Positions 28,148 to 37,934 of a stretch of 64,000 nt of DNA are shown here, in pieces. Made by a program: the position numbers and the translations under genes. Source of the stretch: Planctomycetales bacterium (lineage in GTDB: Bacteria > 4484-113); contig JBBIRS010000002.1 of the NCBI GenBank assembly GCA_037441675.1, positions 71,249 to 135,248 of the forward strand, in the 5' to 3' direction. Under the pieces are notes generated by a model that did no database searches, was not told the DNA's origin, and saw nothing but the letters and a program-made list of their open reading frames with translations. Positions within the stretch are counted from its first letter, which is position 1. Each line of letters starts with the position of its first letter.

Positions 28148-29554
28148 CTATGTATTGACATATTTAGACAGGTTATTAACAACAAATTTCTCCGCTTGAG
28201 ACTCATCAGCAATTTCTCCATCAAGAAAGCGCCACCATATTTCATCCTGAATTTTGCCTATTAGAGGGCCTGCAGGAATGCCAAGGTGCTCCAATTTCTC
28301 GCCACTCAGTATATTCCTCTTCGGGCTTAAAGTTGAAAGATACTTAAAGAGATTTGCTCGCAATGGCTCACAAGCTTTAACCAGAAGTGAGGCAAAGGCA
28401 GAAAACAGCAATGTCTTTCGCGGATACTCAATAAGAACCCTATAAATTCTTGAGGGAGTAAAGTCTGAATAGTTCATCCTTTTTCTAAGTTCTTCAAAGC
28501 GCGTTCTTGACTCAATAATGTGCTTCGAGAAACGGGTAAAAACACCTAGTCTTGAAAGCACTTCCGGAAGCACCTCAAGATCTACCAACCAAAGGCACCA
28601 GGATAGGCGAATTAAATTAGCTGGAACCATCTCCATAGTTAACAACTTTGACTGCGCCTTTAGGGTAAGCTCTAGAACCTCCGCGTCCTCACCACTTGAA
28701 GTTGGAAGCGTTGTCCATCCAGGATGGATTGCCTGCAAAAGCTCCGTAGTTGATAAAGACCACATAATTCCAAACCACGTCGGCTCATCCAATATGCGCT
28801 CTAACTCATACCGAATACGCTCTGGGGAGAGGAAGTCAATAAAGCTTTCCTCAATAGCTTGATGAAAACATTCTTGAGTGGCTTCCTCCAAATGGTAGGA
28901 AAGCCTGGAAGAGTATCGTAACGCACGAAATATGCGAGTGGGGTCATCAAAAAAGGAAAGTGGATGCATAATGCGTAGTTCCTTATTGAAAATATCCCCT
29001 ACACCACCAGATGGGTCAAGTAGTTCACCAAAGCCATCTTCCGTGAGAGACATAGCAAGTGCGTTAATGGTAAAGTCTCTTCTTAGCAAGTCTTCATAGA
29101 TATTCTCTGTAGGAGAAACCGTTGGAAGAGCTCCAGGGGCTTCACAAAACTCAGTTCTTGCGGTCGCAAAGTCAATCAGGTATCCCTCGGCGGTCGTTAG
29201 TTTGGCGGTTTGAAACTTCAAATTTACTTCCAGCGTCCCGCCAAGTTGTTCAAAGGTAAGTTCAGCTAGTTTGATTGCTTCACCGACAACACAGATGTCC
29301 GTGTCAAAAACATAGTTCTCTAGAACCTCAGGTGCGATTTGTTCAATGAAAGCGCGGACAAGCTCCCTTACACCACCCCCCACCAGGTAAACTGGAAAGC
29401 CTTCAGCTTGAGCGATTTTACGAATGCGTGAAATAATCCTCTGGGCGTACTTTGGGACGTGCGCCTCGTAAAAATCCCTCAGCTTTGAAAAATCCCACTT
29501 TGGCACGAAGATAAATTTTAGCAGGGGAGAAGCGTAAGCTTTAGTTAAAATCAT
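28148..29554 (-). CDS. Class II tRNA nucleotidyltransferase (probably A-adding type)
   Basis: LVGGxVR, DTDI, RRDFTINA, DDPTRIFRALRY; ARTEFCEAPGALP loop; no HD domain evident. Confidence 0.88.
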   Translation of the reverse strand: MILTKAYASPLLKFIFVPKWDFSKLRDFYEAHVPKYAQRIISRIRKIAQAEGFPVYLVGGGVRELVRAFIEQIAPEVLENYVFDTDICVVGEAIKLAELTFEQLGGTLEVNLKFQTAKLTTAEGYLIDFATARTEFCEAPGALPTVSPTENIYEDLLRRDFTINALAMSLTEDGFGELLDPSGGVGDIFNKELRIMHPLSFFDDPTRIFRALRYSSRLSYHLEEATQECFHQAIEESFIDFLSPERIRYELERILDEPTWFGIMWSLSTTELLQAIHPGWTTLPTSSGEDAEVLELTLKAQSKLLTMEMVPANLIRLSWCLWLVDLEVLPEVLSRLGVFTRFSKHIIESRTRFEELRKRMNYSDFTPSRIYRVLIEYPRKTLLFSAFASLLVKACEPLRANLFKYLSTLSPKRNILSGEKLEHLGIPAGPLIGKIQDEIWWRFLDGEIADESQAEKFVVNNLSKYVNT

Positions 29555-29670
29555 TTATAATGTAAGTTGCTTATGAAATCTTCTCGGCAGGCTTTTCAGG
29601 AAACGCTAACTCTTGAATCAGCTCTGCATACGCCTAAAACTTTGATAGCAAAACACTAAAAGCAAACTAG

Positions 29671-30882
29671 GAAGAACCACCGCTACAATACGCCCCGGAG
29701 CTATTTGATAACGTTCAGTTCATTTACGAGCTTGCTCTTGCAGGACTTGAATTAGAAGCCCTAGGAGTAAGATACCGTATCACCATTGGACTTCGCAGAA
29801 TTGAAGTAGAGAATATCCCAAATTTTGAAGAGATACGGAAAAGGGTTGCTTATTTCAAAGCGGCCAACGGTTTGCCTACTGACTACTACCGTATCTGCCT
29901 TCGGAACCGAACAAGGTCTGTAAACCAATATTTAACGCACTTTATTTACCCATGCAAGGGGAAGTTCCATCCCCAGATGATCCGCGCGCTTATGAATATC
30001 CTCTGTCTTAAGCAGGGCGAAACAGTGCTTGACCCATTTATCGGTAGTGGGACAACTGCGCTTGAAGCGCAGCTTCTGGGAGTAAACTGTGTCGGTATTG
30101 ATGTTTCCCCGCTTTGCGTTATGCAATCAAAAGTTAAGACGGAGAGCATATTTGCACTAAACAAAATCTTGCAAGCAAGAGACAGCATCGTCAGCCAAAC
30201 TGAGTTTCCCCTTGGTAAAAAAATGGTTAAGAATCTCTACGAATTTATTTGGAAGATAGGCAATCCACAAGTTAGGGATTTTTACCTAATGGCTTATTTA
30301 GTCGCAGTAAGCGATAGAGAGCTCCGTGGAAAAGATTTCAATAGACCGTTTCATACCAATGTCCAGGCAATGATAGGTTCGATTTCTGACCTCAATGAGG
30401 TTGTTGAAGAGCTCGGGATTAAGCCCGGCAGAATGGATATCCGCCGTGGAGATTGCTGAAACCTCGATCTTCCATATAATTCAATTGACGGAATTATCAC
30501 TTCACCGCCTTACTCTATTGCTCTTAACTATGTCGAAAATGATGCACACGCGCTCCAACTCCTTGAGTATGACTTGAAGTCGTTCAGAGAACAATTCGTT
30601 GGAGTTAGGGGGAGAGGCGCAGAAAGCGTTGAACTTTACAATCAGGATATGATTACTAGCCTCAAGGAAATGTACAGGGTTCTCAAAAAAGGACGTTATG
30701 CAGCCATTGTTATCGGTAACGCTACTTTTAACGGGGAGGAAATCAGAACAGTAGAATTTACAATCGAGGAATGCGAAAATTTGGGCTTTAGATTAGTAAA
30801 TAATATTGTTAAGATTATCTTCGGTTTATACAACGTGATGAAAAGGGAGAACATCCTCATTTTCAGGAAGGAGCGCTCATAG
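29671..30882 (+). pseudogene. Type II amino-methyltransferase (probably N4-cytosine, alpha class) interrupted by in-frame TGA at 30457-30459
   Basis: One frame is open 29671-30456 (KGKFHPQM, motif I DPFIGSGTT). After the TGA the same frame continues NLDLPYNSIDGIITSPPY (motif IV) into track ORF 30574..30882. In-frame TAG at 29668 and no clean start codon. Confidence 0.85.
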
Positions 30883-31563
30883 GTGCAAGATGTAAACCTT
30901 GAGAAATTGAGAGAATACCAGTAAGTAATTAGTAATGTCCTAACTGCGTTTACTAAGGTTGCGTTTCCCCTAGTAGTTGAGTCCTCCACTCTATATAGAG
31001 TCCTTACTTGCAGTGCTGAATCTCAAGCTGAGTTGATAGAGGATGTTTCGTCTATCGCCAAGCTCCTTTGCAGGAGATACCACGATGACATGATAACTTG
31101 CGAAGTATACCTGAGAGTTGTTAAGAAAAAGCCAAAATCCTTCAGACCAAACGAAGTTAGCAGAGTAATGGAGTACGAGATGGTAAATACAGAACTAAAT
31201 TTCCAAAAGATTCAGGATGTTTATCTACTGAGACAGGGAGGATATCCCGACTGTAAGTTAACCCTAAAAGATGGTTTAGTTGCATTTGTGGACATCAAAG
31301 TTACAACCAGGATAAATGAAGGTTCAGCACGAGATTTCTTTTACTCAACAAAAGTGAGCACTCTCAAGAAAATTAATTCTGATGGTTTCCACTTGCTTCT
31401 TGGATATATGATAAGAGAACTTGAACCGGAGAAGTTTTCTACGCTCGGATGAAAATTGGTTGACCATTCAAAGCTAAGGGTAAGCCTAAAAGCAGAATTT
31501 AATGCCGCAAACCCAGAAATCTACAAGCCGGCGGCTATTCTAGCCGAGGAAATATTAAATTAG
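30883..31563 (+). pseudogene. Putative PD-(D/E)xK type II restriction endonuclease with two in-frame stops
   Basis: GTG 30883 with GGAAGGAG SD; single frame with TAA 30922-30924 and TGA 31450-31452; GYPD...VDIK motif; continuation KLVDHSKLRVSLKAEFNAAN ends at TAG 31563. Abuts the MTase. Confidence 0.7.
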
Positions 31564-31669
31564 TATGTTTTTGTTGATTTGGCTATATCTCTTGGACTAA
31601 GTTTTCCTGCTGTTGAACATTAAACCTTCCAAGCATACCAACCAGCACATTTAAACTTACACAAACCCT

Positions 31670-32326
31670 CTAACTATCGCGCCAGGGGCGGACATCGGAA
31701 GTATCCAGCTCGCATCCTGTTTTCGCTAGGACTTCATCAATGCTTACGCCCGGAGCGGTCTCTAACAGCTTCAATCCACCTCCCTCTGGCAATACCTTGA
31801 TTACCGCCATATCGGTCACAATGGTGTCCACACAGCGCACTCCAGTTAGAGGCAGGTCACACTTCTCAAGAATCTTCGGATTACCCTTCTTGTCCGTATG
31901 AGTCATCGTGACGATTACCCGCTTCGCGCCTGCAACCAAATCCATCGCTCCGCCCATTCCCTTCATCATTTTTCCGGGCACTGTCCAGTTCGCCAAGTCT
32001 CCCTCGCGGGAAACCTGAAGCGCCCCCAGAATAGTCACATCAATGTGTCCTCCACGTATCATCGCAAAGGAATCAGCGCTGGAGAAAAAGCTCGCCCCAG
32101 GTAGAAAAGTCACAGTTTGTTTGCCTGCGTTGATTAGGTCGGGGTCTTCCTCGCCCTCGTAGGGAAAAGGTCCCATCCCAAGAAGCCCGTTCTCGCTTTC
32201 AAAAATTACTCGCACTCCCGCGGGGATAAAATTTGCTACAAGTGTTGGCATTCCAATTCCCAGATTCACGTAGTCCCCATCCCTTAATTCCAAAGCAGCC
32301 CTTTTAGGAATTAGGTCACGAGACAT
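31670..32326 (-). CDS. scoB: 3-oxoacid CoA-transferase subunit B
   Basis: [14 protein letters not shown] (catalytic Glu), [14 protein letters not shown]. Confidence 0.93.
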   Translation of the reverse strand: MSRDLIPKRAALELRDGDYVNLGIGMPTLVANFIPAGVRVIFESENGLLGMGPFPYEGEEDPDLINAGKQTVTFLPGASFFSSADSFAMIRGGHIDVTILGALQVSREGDLANWTVPGKMMKGMGGAMDLVAGAKRVIVTMTHTDKKGNPKILEKCDLPLTGVRCVDTIVTDMAVIKVLPEGGGLKLLETAPGVSIDEVLAKTGCELDTSDVRPWRDS

Positions 32327-32377
32327 ATTTCCCTCCTAGAATTTGGTTTGTAGGTTCTGATAAATTGCCCTCATCTC

Positions 32378-33151
32378 TCATTGAGGTTTTAAAAGTTCAA
32401 ACAGTTTAGTTTCCATACCTCTTAAAACGCTTTCCATATCCACTATTTCATAGTCCGCAGGAATTATGAATAAAGAAGAAGCAACGGATTTGAAACGATA
32501 GTTAAAGTATTCTGCTTCAAATGGCACTTGAGCCAAACTGCCCTGAATATAAACAGGAAGGGAGCGTTCATCCACGTAAACCTCGCTTGTTGCTCTCATT
32601 GTCCCTGCGGTAAAACTTATTAGATAGCGAGTCAGTGTTCTTCCGCGAAAGGTAACCTGCCCCATCTTTTTAATATTCGCCCCCTCAGGATATGCTTCCT
32701 TATTCAATACATCTAGGGGATTACCAATCTCCCCGGCTCCTGTGAAATTCACATCTGAAATGCTAACTCTCATTGCTGTTCTTGAAGCCTCATCCAGAAT
32801 GTATGGTAACTTGGATGAGCCGTCCAGTATTGTTGTTACACGAAAATTGTCAAGAGCTGACGATAAATCATCGGCGTCTGAAGAAGCCCCGCTTCCGCTC
32901 ACATTTCCACCAATTTGAAAGATCTGATCTATTCGTGCCATATCTCCTGCAAAGAATATGTGTGCATTGACTGTAAAACTATTAAGAATGGAGGTGGCGT
33001 TTCCCGAAGTATTTGAATCCACATGCATAATTACGTCAACCTCTCCACTCGTTATCTTGGCTGACGCCAAACAGGGCTTAAAATTCATTGACAGAGATGA
33101 AAGAAGAACTATCAATACTAAAACTACCCTCATAATAGAAAATATTAACAC
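32378..33151 (-). CDS. Exported protein, DUF4412/LolA-like (start possibly ATG 33133)
   Basis: Signal peptide; MARID, GQVTFRGR and C-terminal SLFIIPADY resemble DUF4412-type proteins. Confidence 0.55.
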   Translation of the reverse strand: MLIFSIMRVVLVLIVLLSSLSMNFKPCLASAKITSGEVDVIMHVDSNTSGNATSILNSFTVNAHIFFAGDMARIDQIFQIGGNVSGSGASSDADDLSSALDNFRVTTILDGSSKLPYILDEASRTAMRVSISDVNFTGAGEIGNPLDVLNKEAYPEGANIKKMGQVTFRGRTLTRYLISFTAGTMRATSEVYVDERSLPVYIQGSLAQVPFEAEYFNYRFKSVASSLFIIPADYEIVDMESVLRGMETKLFELLKPQ

Positions 33152-33165
33152 AAAGAGTGAAATAA

Positions 33166-33183
33166 AGTGACAACGTTGTCACT
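33166..33183. promoter_or_regulatory. Perfect 18-bp palindrome AGTGACAACGTTGTCACT, LacI-family operator-like
   Basis: Exact inverted repeat with central CG, just upstream of the 33151(-) gene. Confidence 0.6.
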
Positions 33184-33220
33184 GGAAAAAGATATAAGGA
33201 TATAGGAACAGATACGAAAG

Positions 33221-33676
33221 TTAAAAGTAAGCGTCCACAATTAGCTTCGCAACAGATTCAAGAAATTCTCTATCCGCCTCACTAAAGGCGGAAGAGTAGT
33301 TGCTATCAATATCAATTTCTCCGAGACAAACATCACCCTTCATAAGTGGAACCACAATTTCGCTCTTTGTCTCAAGGAAACAGGCTAGATACGAAGGATG
33401 AGAATTAACATCATCAACAATTACCGATTTCTTATCTCTCGCGGCAAGTCCGCAGATACCTATACCTAAGTCAATTTCTGTGTGCTCGGTAGGTTTTTCA
33501 CCATCCCAAGCGGATAACACGAGTTTATCATTCTTCAGCAAGTAAATCCCGACCCAGTTGTATTTAGAAAAGGACTGGCGCAGGTATGAAACTATTGCCT
33601 GAGCTGCCTCCTCATAATGATCATATTGAGCAATGAACCTGCTAATCACACTAATCGCAGTATCCATTAGTTGCAA
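33221..33676 (-). CDS. msrC: GAF-domain protein, free methionine-(R)-sulfoxide reductase-like
   Basis: NWVGIY, GICG, YLAC..ETKSEIVVP, EIDIDS. Confidence 0.8.
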   Translation of the reverse strand: MQLMDTAISVISRFIAQYDHYEEAAQAIVSYLRQSFSKYNWVGIYLLKNDKLVLSAWDGEKPTEHTEIDLGIGICGLAARDKKSVIVDDVNSHPSYLACFLETKSEIVVPLMKGDVCLGEIDIDSNYSSAFSEADREFLESVAKLIVDAYF

Positions 33677-33893
33677 ATTATATCAGCTTAAGGATATGTA
33701 AAATCAAATACTAAACTCCACTCCTGAGTATAACTTCAATATTCTTATCATTGCGATGTCTAGTTAAAGAGCAATGAGTTATTAACTTGAAAAGATATTT
33801 CTTCCTATTGAAGTTTGAATTTACTAAAACACGTGGCTAGTGCTAAACTATCTATACTTTAAAAGTAATTCTCTCAATTTGGAGGGTAGAAGA

Positions 33894-34760
33894 ATGAAAT
33901 TTAGAATACTATTTGCGTTTGTCCTCCTTATACTAGTAGTTGCGGTCGCCCTACTTGCGTTATACTTCACGGAGAAAGCCTCAGCCACCAGTGAAGCGCG
34001 TATCGTACCTCCAGATTGGCGAAACGGCGAGACATATACCTTTGCTATTTACCGTCCTGCGGTAGGAAGAATCGCTACCGCATACTACAGATTTAACATC
34101 GGAGAGTATGAAGGTAGACCTGTCTATAAGATAAACTACAACGCACTTAGCGAAAACCTAACAGAGGCTTCAACTACAGTCGTTGACGCTGTTACACTAG
34201 AGCCTTACAAGACTGCTAGAAAATACAAGACGGAAAAGGGAGTAAGCTATGTAGATGTTTCCTACGGTCAGGGAAAGATAGTTGTCAGAAGAAAGTCCGG
34301 CGAAGAGGGTGAAATTAGAGAAACAATTATTGATTTCCCTGGGAGAATTTTTGATTACGATGAGGTGATGTGGCTTATTCAACAGCTGGACTTTTCTAAT
34401 GATGATAGACTTCACTTTGCCCTCTTTTCCACCGTCGGGGATCAAACCATTCTAGTTGTCGTAAGAAATATGGGGAAGTCTTCCTTTGAATTTTCAGGGA
34501 AAAAATTCCAAGCAACTAGATACTCTTTTAATTTGAATCTCGTCAGTCAGGAGGTTTGGATAGGTGAGATAGATGGCAAGAAAACTGTAGTGAAGTATGA
34601 TACTGGAGAAAACACATTCTATAACCTTGCGCTTCTAAAGGGAACTAAGGTTGAGGAAACCAAACAATCAGCTTCAGAGGAAAAGACAAAGGAAGAAGAA
34701 AAGGTTGAAGAGAAACCAAAAGAACCCGCACCGCCGGGGGAGGGTAAAGTCTATTTCTAA
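33894..34760 (+). CDS. Exported/membrane-anchored hypothetical protein (DUF3108-like)
   Basis: ATG 33894 with GGAGG SD; N-terminal hydrophobic helix; WRNGETYTF motif, beta-rich body, charged tail. Confidence 0.55.
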   Translation: MKFRILFAFVLLILVVAVALLALYFTEKASATSEARIVPPDWRNGETYTFAIYRPAVGRIATAYYRFNIGEYEGRPVYKINYNALSENLTEASTTVVDAVTLEPYKTARKYKTEKGVSYVDVSYGQGKIVVRRKSGEEGEIRETIIDFPGRIFDYDEVMWLIQQLDFSNDDRLHFALFSTVGDQTILVVVRNMGKSSFEFSGKKFQATRYSFNLNLVSQEVWIGEIDGKKTVVKYDTGENTFYNLALLKGTKVEETKQSASEEKTKEEEKVEEKPKEPAPPGEGKVYF

Positions 34761-34775
34761 TACATAACCCCAAAA

Positions 34776-36038
34776 ATGTTAACCTTTGGAGTTATAAATA
34801 CGTCCATCTTAAACAAATTAGACAAGTTCTTGTTGTGGGCTTTAGCTCTTACTGCTTTCTCATTTTTGTTGGATGATTCCCTCGCACAAGAAATTAGAAC
34901 CAATTCAAATGTGTATTTTCAGGATGATTTTTCCCCCGAGAATGATGCAGAGAAGTACTTTTTTGAAGGTAAATTGGGAGACGCAGTTTACGCTTACAAT
35001 AATGGAGCTTATTACATATCTGCTAAAAAAAGCAAGGAGCCTGCGCAAAGCGTATTACTTCATAATCTCTCAGACTACGAGGTTGAAACAGAAGGTGAGC
35101 TAGTCTCAAATACGTCTCCACTTGTTCTTGGAGATGAGCTCATAAGAGCAGGATGGGGCATAAGTTTCAATTATCAAGAAACTGTGCAAGAGGAATCATT
35201 TCTCTTGTTTGTAATAAACCCAGCGGAAAAGCTTTTTTCCCTTGAAAGACACAGTGGTAAAAATAAAACATCAATAATTGCGCCACGTAAGCATGAGTTG
35301 ATTCTGCCGACTAGAAATAAAATAGGTGTAAGTGTGGAGGATGGAAAAATTGAGTTAAAAATCAATGAACAAAAGGTTGCGGATGCTTATGAGCCTAGCC
35401 AAACCAAGGGAGGATTTGGCTTGTATGTTACCCCCGGCTCTAGTGCTAACTTTTACTATTTCACCGTTCTTACCAAGGCGAAGCTTAAGTCAACAAACTT
35501 GGATGATTTTTCCGGAAAACCCACAAGATGGTTTGCAGGCTATCAGGATGGCGTATTTTACAAGTATATTGACGGTTACTATTTAATTGATACCTCCAAG
35601 ACAGAGAAGAGCGGACTTTCGCTCTTTCCGGGGAAGTACAAGCTCTTTGAAATGGAAGTGAACTCATTCAAAGAGTACGGCCCTGATAACTACGGTTTTG
35701 GGCTTTTTTTTCAGGACAACCCAAATCAAAGCGGTGGATTTGACCAGTACCGTTTTCTCATAAGTAACGACGGCTGGATAACAATCCAAAGGAGCTTTGA
35801 AGACATTCCCCGCGCAATTTACGAATGGAGTATATGCCCCGCAGTAAAGCCATCTTCATTTAACAGGCTAAAGGTCATTATACTTGGTTCAACGATAAAG
35901 TTCTACGTGAATGATGAACCTGTTTATCAGCTAGATGAAGTAGCGCCAGTTGAAGGAAAGCTTGGGTTGTACGTTTCTTCCGGCCTTAGAGTTAGATTTG
36001 ATGATTTTAAGATAATGGTATACGAGTTATCTTCTTAA
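34776..36038 (+). CDS. Exported protein with two tandem DUF1080/GH16-like beta-sandwich domains
   Basis: Internal duplication: DDFS...GWGISF...NKIGV...GGFGLYV and DDFS...GFGLFF...NRLKV...GKLGLYV...FDDF. Confidence 0.65.
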   Translation: MLTFGVINTSILNKLDKFLLWALALTAFSFLLDDSLAQEIRTNSNVYFQDDFSPENDAEKYFFEGKLGDAVYAYNNGAYYISAKKSKEPAQSVLLHNLSDYEVETEGELVSNTSPLVLGDELIRAGWGISFNYQETVQEESFLLFVINPAEKLFSLERHSGKNKTSIIAPRKHELILPTRNKIGVSVEDGKIELKINEQKVADAYEPSQTKGGFGLYVTPGSSANFYYFTVLTKAKLKSTNLDDFSGKPTRWFAGYQDGVFYKYIDGYYLIDTSKTEKSGLSLFPGKYKLFEMEVNSFKEYGPDNYGFGLFFQDNPNQSGGFDQYRFLISNDGWITIQRSFEDIPRAIYEWSICPAVKPSSFNRLKVIILGSTIKFYVNDEPVYQLDEVAPVEGKLGLYVSSGLRVRFDDFKIMVYELSS

Positions 36039-36150
36039 CTTCAATCCAGAAGCATTTTAGAAATCATTAGAAGAAAGTTACCATTACTGAAAGTACTGTA
36101 ATCTTTACAATCGGGTAAAATATGCAGGCTAAAAGAAAGCGGAGTTAAAT

Positions 36151-36966
36151 ATGAATTTGCGAACGTTATTTTACGCAATTATCATTATTGGGTTAGGAGT
36201 AACTTCTTGCGGTGGAGGTGGGGGAAAGAGATCATCACCAACACCACAACCACTTTTGGTTATTGAAGCCATAAATACCCAGCCATCCACCATTTCCGTT
36301 AGCACAGTAGTTACTTTAACCGCAATCTATAATAACCCATCCCTCGCTTCAGGTAGACAGAAAGTTTGGGAAGTATCAGGAGGAACAATTTCTGACGAAC
36401 AACCTGATTTTGGGCTAATAATTAAAGAAACCGCAGGGTTAAAATCGGTAAGTGCGAGTGTCTCTACCACCGCAGATAAGGTTTACTGGTTTACTCCCTC
36501 CACTCCTGGAGAGTATACTGTTTCACTCACGGTAGGAGGGGCAAGCAAACAAATAGCGGCCAGTGTTCAAGCGTCCCCCATAGTCTTGGATATAAACAAC
36601 ACCTCAGATCAAAACGTGGTGATAACAGTTAGAGCGAGCAATGTGTCAAATCTATATCAAGCCGCATTCCGAATTACCTATAACGTTAATAGATATACAC
36701 CGATTTCCGTTGAACCTGGCAACTTCCTCGGCTCTTCCAATGAAATTCTATTCCTAGGTCTTACCAATCAACAAGGAGTTGTTCCTGTTGGCATTACTAG
36801 AAAAGGCGGAGCAGCGGGAGTTAGCGGGAGTGGAACTCTCTCTACTATTACTTTCCAGCCTAAGAGCCAACCAGCAACAAGCAGGGAAACTAGTGTTCAT
36901 TCTCTTGCTGGTTTTTCAATTTCATTCTATCTTCTCCTCGACTCTCAGGGAAATCCCATCCGCTAA
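36151..36966 (+). CDS. Lipoprotein with an Ig/PKD-like domain and a C-terminal cohesin-like domain
   Basis: Lipobox VTSC-GGGGG; VRASNVSNLYQAAFRITYN...VEPGNFL...GVSGSGTLSTITF is a cohesin-type pattern. Confidence 0.7.
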   Translation: MNLRTLFYAIIIIGLGVTSCGGGGGKRSSPTPQPLLVIEAINTQPSTISVSTVVTLTAIYNNPSLASGRQKVWEVSGGTISDEQPDFGLIIKETAGLKSVSASVSTTADKVYWFTPSTPGEYTVSLTVGGASKQIAASVQASPIVLDINNTSDQNVVITVRASNVSNLYQAAFRITYNVNRYTPISVEPGNFLGSSNEILFLGLTNQQGVVPVGITRKGGAAGVSGSGTLSTITFQPKSQPATSRETSVHSLAGFSISFYLLLDSQGNPIR

Positions 36967-37049
36967 TTCTTTTGAAAAGAGGCAATAAGACCTAACCTTC
37001 ACTACCCAAATCTTAAACACGTATTCTCACTCAACTGCTATAATCCAAT

Positions 37050-37934
37050 ATGGTTGTGTCTTCGCAGGTTAACCTATTCTTTGAGCAGGCACGGGAAAAA
37101 ATAACGAGCTTCTTAACTGATTTCGTCAACAAGAATATAGAAGAGCCTTTACTTAGGGATGCTTGTCTTCATCTATTGACCAGAGGTAAAATGCTGAGGG
37201 GGCTAGCTGCTTTTTCGGTCTTGAAAACTCTATGTCCGCAAGCAAACGTGGAAAATTACCTTGGGGAGATAAGTAGTCTAGAGCTCGTTCAGTGCTTCAC
37301 TCTAATTCATGATGACCTGCCGGCGATGGATAACGCGCAAATGAGGCGTGGTGTAGAAACTGTCCACCGTAAGTATGGAGAAGCAATTGCAATTCTCGCT
37401 GGCGATGAACTCTTTGCGCTTGCCTTTAATGCTATCCTCAGCGGAAGTTCAACTCCTAAGCAAAAACTGAAGCTCGTTGACCAGCTTTCTCAAACAATTA
37501 GCAAGGTTATTCAAGGACAGGCTTTTGAGCTTGAACTTTCCGGAAAAGCTCAGGATTTACAAACAATAGAAAAGGTCATCAGCCTAAAGACCACAAGCCT
37601 AATTGTGGCAAGTTTTAAGTTTGGAGGGATACTGGCTAATGCTAAAAAGACTACTTTGAGCGCTTTAGAACAGATTGCCACTTATTCAGGGCTGGCCTAT
37701 CAAGCCAAGGACGATCTGCTTTGCGTCACTGCCATTCAGAGTGATGTGGGAAAAACTCTGGAAACCGATACTTTGCTCGGTAGACCAACTATTATTTCCG
37801 TCCTTGGAGTTTACGGAGCAAAAGCTTACTTTGAGCAAAAGATGAAGCTATCTAAAGAAGCGCTACACTCACTCTTTCAAAGAGAGAATCTGTTGGAGGA
37901 ATTCCTTAATCTACTTGAGAAGCGAAAGAGATGA
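37050..37934 (+). CDS. ispA: Polyprenyl (farnesyl/geranylgeranyl) diphosphate synthase
   Basis: GKMLR, LIHDDLPAMD..RRG, AILAGD, KT, YQAKDDLL; overlaps dxs. Confidence 0.9.
   Translation: MVVSSQVNLFFEQAREKITSFLTDFVNKNIEEPLLRDACLHLLTRGKMLRGLAAFSVLKTLCPQANVENYLGEISSLELVQCFTLIHDDLPAMDNAQMRRGVETVHRKYGEAIAILAGDELFALAFNAILSGSSTPKQKLKLVDQLSQTISKVIQGQAFELELSGKAQDLQTIEKVISLKTTSLIVASFKFGGILANAKKTTLSALEQIATYSGLAYQAKDDLLCVTAIQSDVGKTLETDTLLGRPTIISVLGVYGAKAYFEQKMKLSKEALHSLFQRENLLEEFLNLLEKRKR

Noticed and set aside
30457..31452. Stop-codon reassignment or selenocysteine at the in-frame TGA/TAA codons of the R-M genes
   Set aside because: All three stops end intact genes in this window (recA TGA, rny TAG, efp TAA). 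The interrupted positions imply different residues (Arg, Trp, probably Gln), so nonsense mutation is simpler.
29560..32340. Genomic island or prophage around the R-M remnant
   Set aside because: No integrase, att repeats, tRNA anchor or phage genes are visible.
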